From contig JANJGN010000047.1 of NCBI GenBank assembly GCA_026770705.1, forward strand, positions 3,348,001 through 3,412,000: a stretch of DNA of 64,000 bases, written 5' to 3'. A program made the translations under genes and the position numbers. The notes under the pieces are model-generated. The model made no database searches. It was not told where the DNA came from and saw nothing but the letters and a program-made list of their open reading frames with translations. The number at the start of each line of letters is the position of its first letter. Within the stretch, counting starts at the first letter, position 1. The DNA comes from Isurus oxyrinchus (Eukaryota). This document shows positions 62,301-64,000 of this stretch, in pieces.

Positions 62301-62879
62301 ACAAAATGAATTCATTGCCCTTAATTATGATCACACATTTTGTAAAATTATTGCAATTACTGTTTATTCTGCCACTGTAATTACTGTTCTTCAGTACTTC
62401 GCCGCAATTTTCCTGCGTTTCAATCGTGCTTCTAATTTCACTTCATCCAGTAATTTGGAACAGTTTCTTGTGAATAATTCGGTGGGGAATTTTGTTCCTG
62501 GCACCTGTAGATCACAACGTACAAACTTTGTGCTGGTCTGAATATCTACCCTCAACCCCTAATCAATAGTTTCTGTTTGCTAACCAGTTTGGAATTGATT
62601 CTGCTACCTGTACCCTAACTCCATATGGGTTGTCACGGTAGTGGCTTTTTTTTTCCCTTGTGCACGAGAGGATAGAAAGGCTACTGCTAAATTAAAAGAA
62701 AATGATATAACTGTGGTTCCTGGAAATCAGAAGGAAAAAAAAACAGAACGTGCTAATAACCCTAAGGGGTTCCTGTGGAGAGGCGGTGTTCACGTTTCAC
62801 GCCAAAAAAATTTTGGCATTACAGCTGCGTAAGGGATATTCAGGGGATACAGTTGTTATCGCAGAAAAAATAGAGTTGG

Positions 62880-63220
62880 TTAGAGAGAGAGAGAGAGAGA
62901 AGTCGAAAGGAAAAGAGAGAGATGCAGTGAAAGGAAGTGAGACGGGGAAGGGGCAGCAAAATAGGAAGAGAGAGACAGAGGGAGAGAGAGAAAGAGAGGG
63001 AGAGGGACAGAAATTAAGAGAGAGGGACAGAAAAATAAAGGTAATGTGACAGAGAAAAAGAGAAACACAGACTGAGAGAGAGGGCGTCAGAGAGTGGGAA
63101 AGTTAGGCAGAAAGAGAGACCGAAAGAGCGAGGGTGAAAGAGAGAGGCACAGAGAGAGAAAGAGGCAGAGAAATTTAGCGAGAAAGAGAGAGTGGAAGAG
63201 AAGGTGGAAGGTAGTGAAAA
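62880..63220. repeat. GA-rich low-complexity tract
   Basis: Imperfect (GA)n / purine-rich run. Confidence 0.85.
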
Positions 63221-63639
63221 AAGCATAATCATAAACTCAGCAAAATGAATATTGAAAGTGTAATAACTTCTTATTGCGAACAGGTTTCAATTAGAAACAG
63301 TAAACTTTATTAACAGAGAAATATAGAGCTTCTGCATAATTGACCCATGACTAGAAATCAGAATCCCTGCCTCCCGAATAGGTCGTGATAAAGTCTTATT
63401 TGTCAGAGGTTCCGCTATGCCACTTAATACCTGACAGGCAGCAAGTGACGTGATACTTTACAATCACTTCAGAAATTGTGGCCAGTGTTGGGATCCTGCT
63501 ATGCACAAATGCTTTAGAAAATTTATTAGTCAGAGCGATCAATTAGTGGGAGAAACAAAATGCAGAGGGACTCGTGGAATCCAGTTGGCTGTGGTTCAGA
63601 TTGTGGATGTCCGTGTGTAATTCTGTCCGTCTCCAATAC

Positions 63640-63689
63640 TGGGAAGGGAGAGAGAAAGAAGAGAGCGAGGGGGAAAACAGAGAGAGTGA

Positions 63690-63728
<39 letters not shown>

Positions 63729-63835
63729 GGGGCAGAGTGTGGAGAAACAGAGAGACAGTAAGTCAAAGCGGGAGTGTGAGGGTAAAACTGGGTTTGAGCG
63801 AACAAGGTGGGAGAAGAGCGAGGAACAGGACTAAA
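63640..63835. repeat. (GA)n microsatellite and purine-rich tract
   Basis: Perfect (AG)n core at ~63697-63724 within an imperfect purine tract. Confidence 0.85.
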
Positions 63836-64000
63836 GGGGGAAAGGGGATAAAATGATGTTGACACAGAGGGGGTGGTGAGTGGAGGGTGGTGTTTGAAGA
63901 AAGACATCCTTCCAGAAATAGTTGTTGGCAAAAAAAACATGTCGTTGATTTTTAAAAAAAAATATTTCAAAGTGATCATTTTTCCTTTCCAGTTTGAAGA

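Overview
Vertebrate genomic DNA, most likely from a cartilaginous fish (shark). This is inferred from the repeat landscape: CR1-group LINEs, Penelope-like elements and Deu-domain SINEs. The first ~17 kb hold the 3' part of a + strand, multi-exon group B SRCR type-I membrane receptor of the CD163/WC1/SCART type. It has five SRCR exons, two short linker exons, a transmembrane exon and tyrosine-motif cytoplasmic exons, all joined by phase-1 GT-AG introns; its 5' exons lie outside the window. The rest is mostly retroelement debris plus a GPR139/GPR142-like GPCR pseudogene. The most unusual signals are: (1) a CR1 copy with dense A-to-G substitution that looks like fossilised ADAR hyper-editing; (2) two 36-37 bp minisatellites, each built by tandem amplification of a conserved retroelement protein motif; (3) a young, essentially spacerless fold-back Penelope insertion with a 17-bp target-site duplication and hammerhead-ribozyme-like motifs with a variant core; and (4) a Cys-Glu pair inside the receptor's transmembrane helix. 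Family assignments come from motif recognition by eye, not database searches, and repeat boundaries are approximate.
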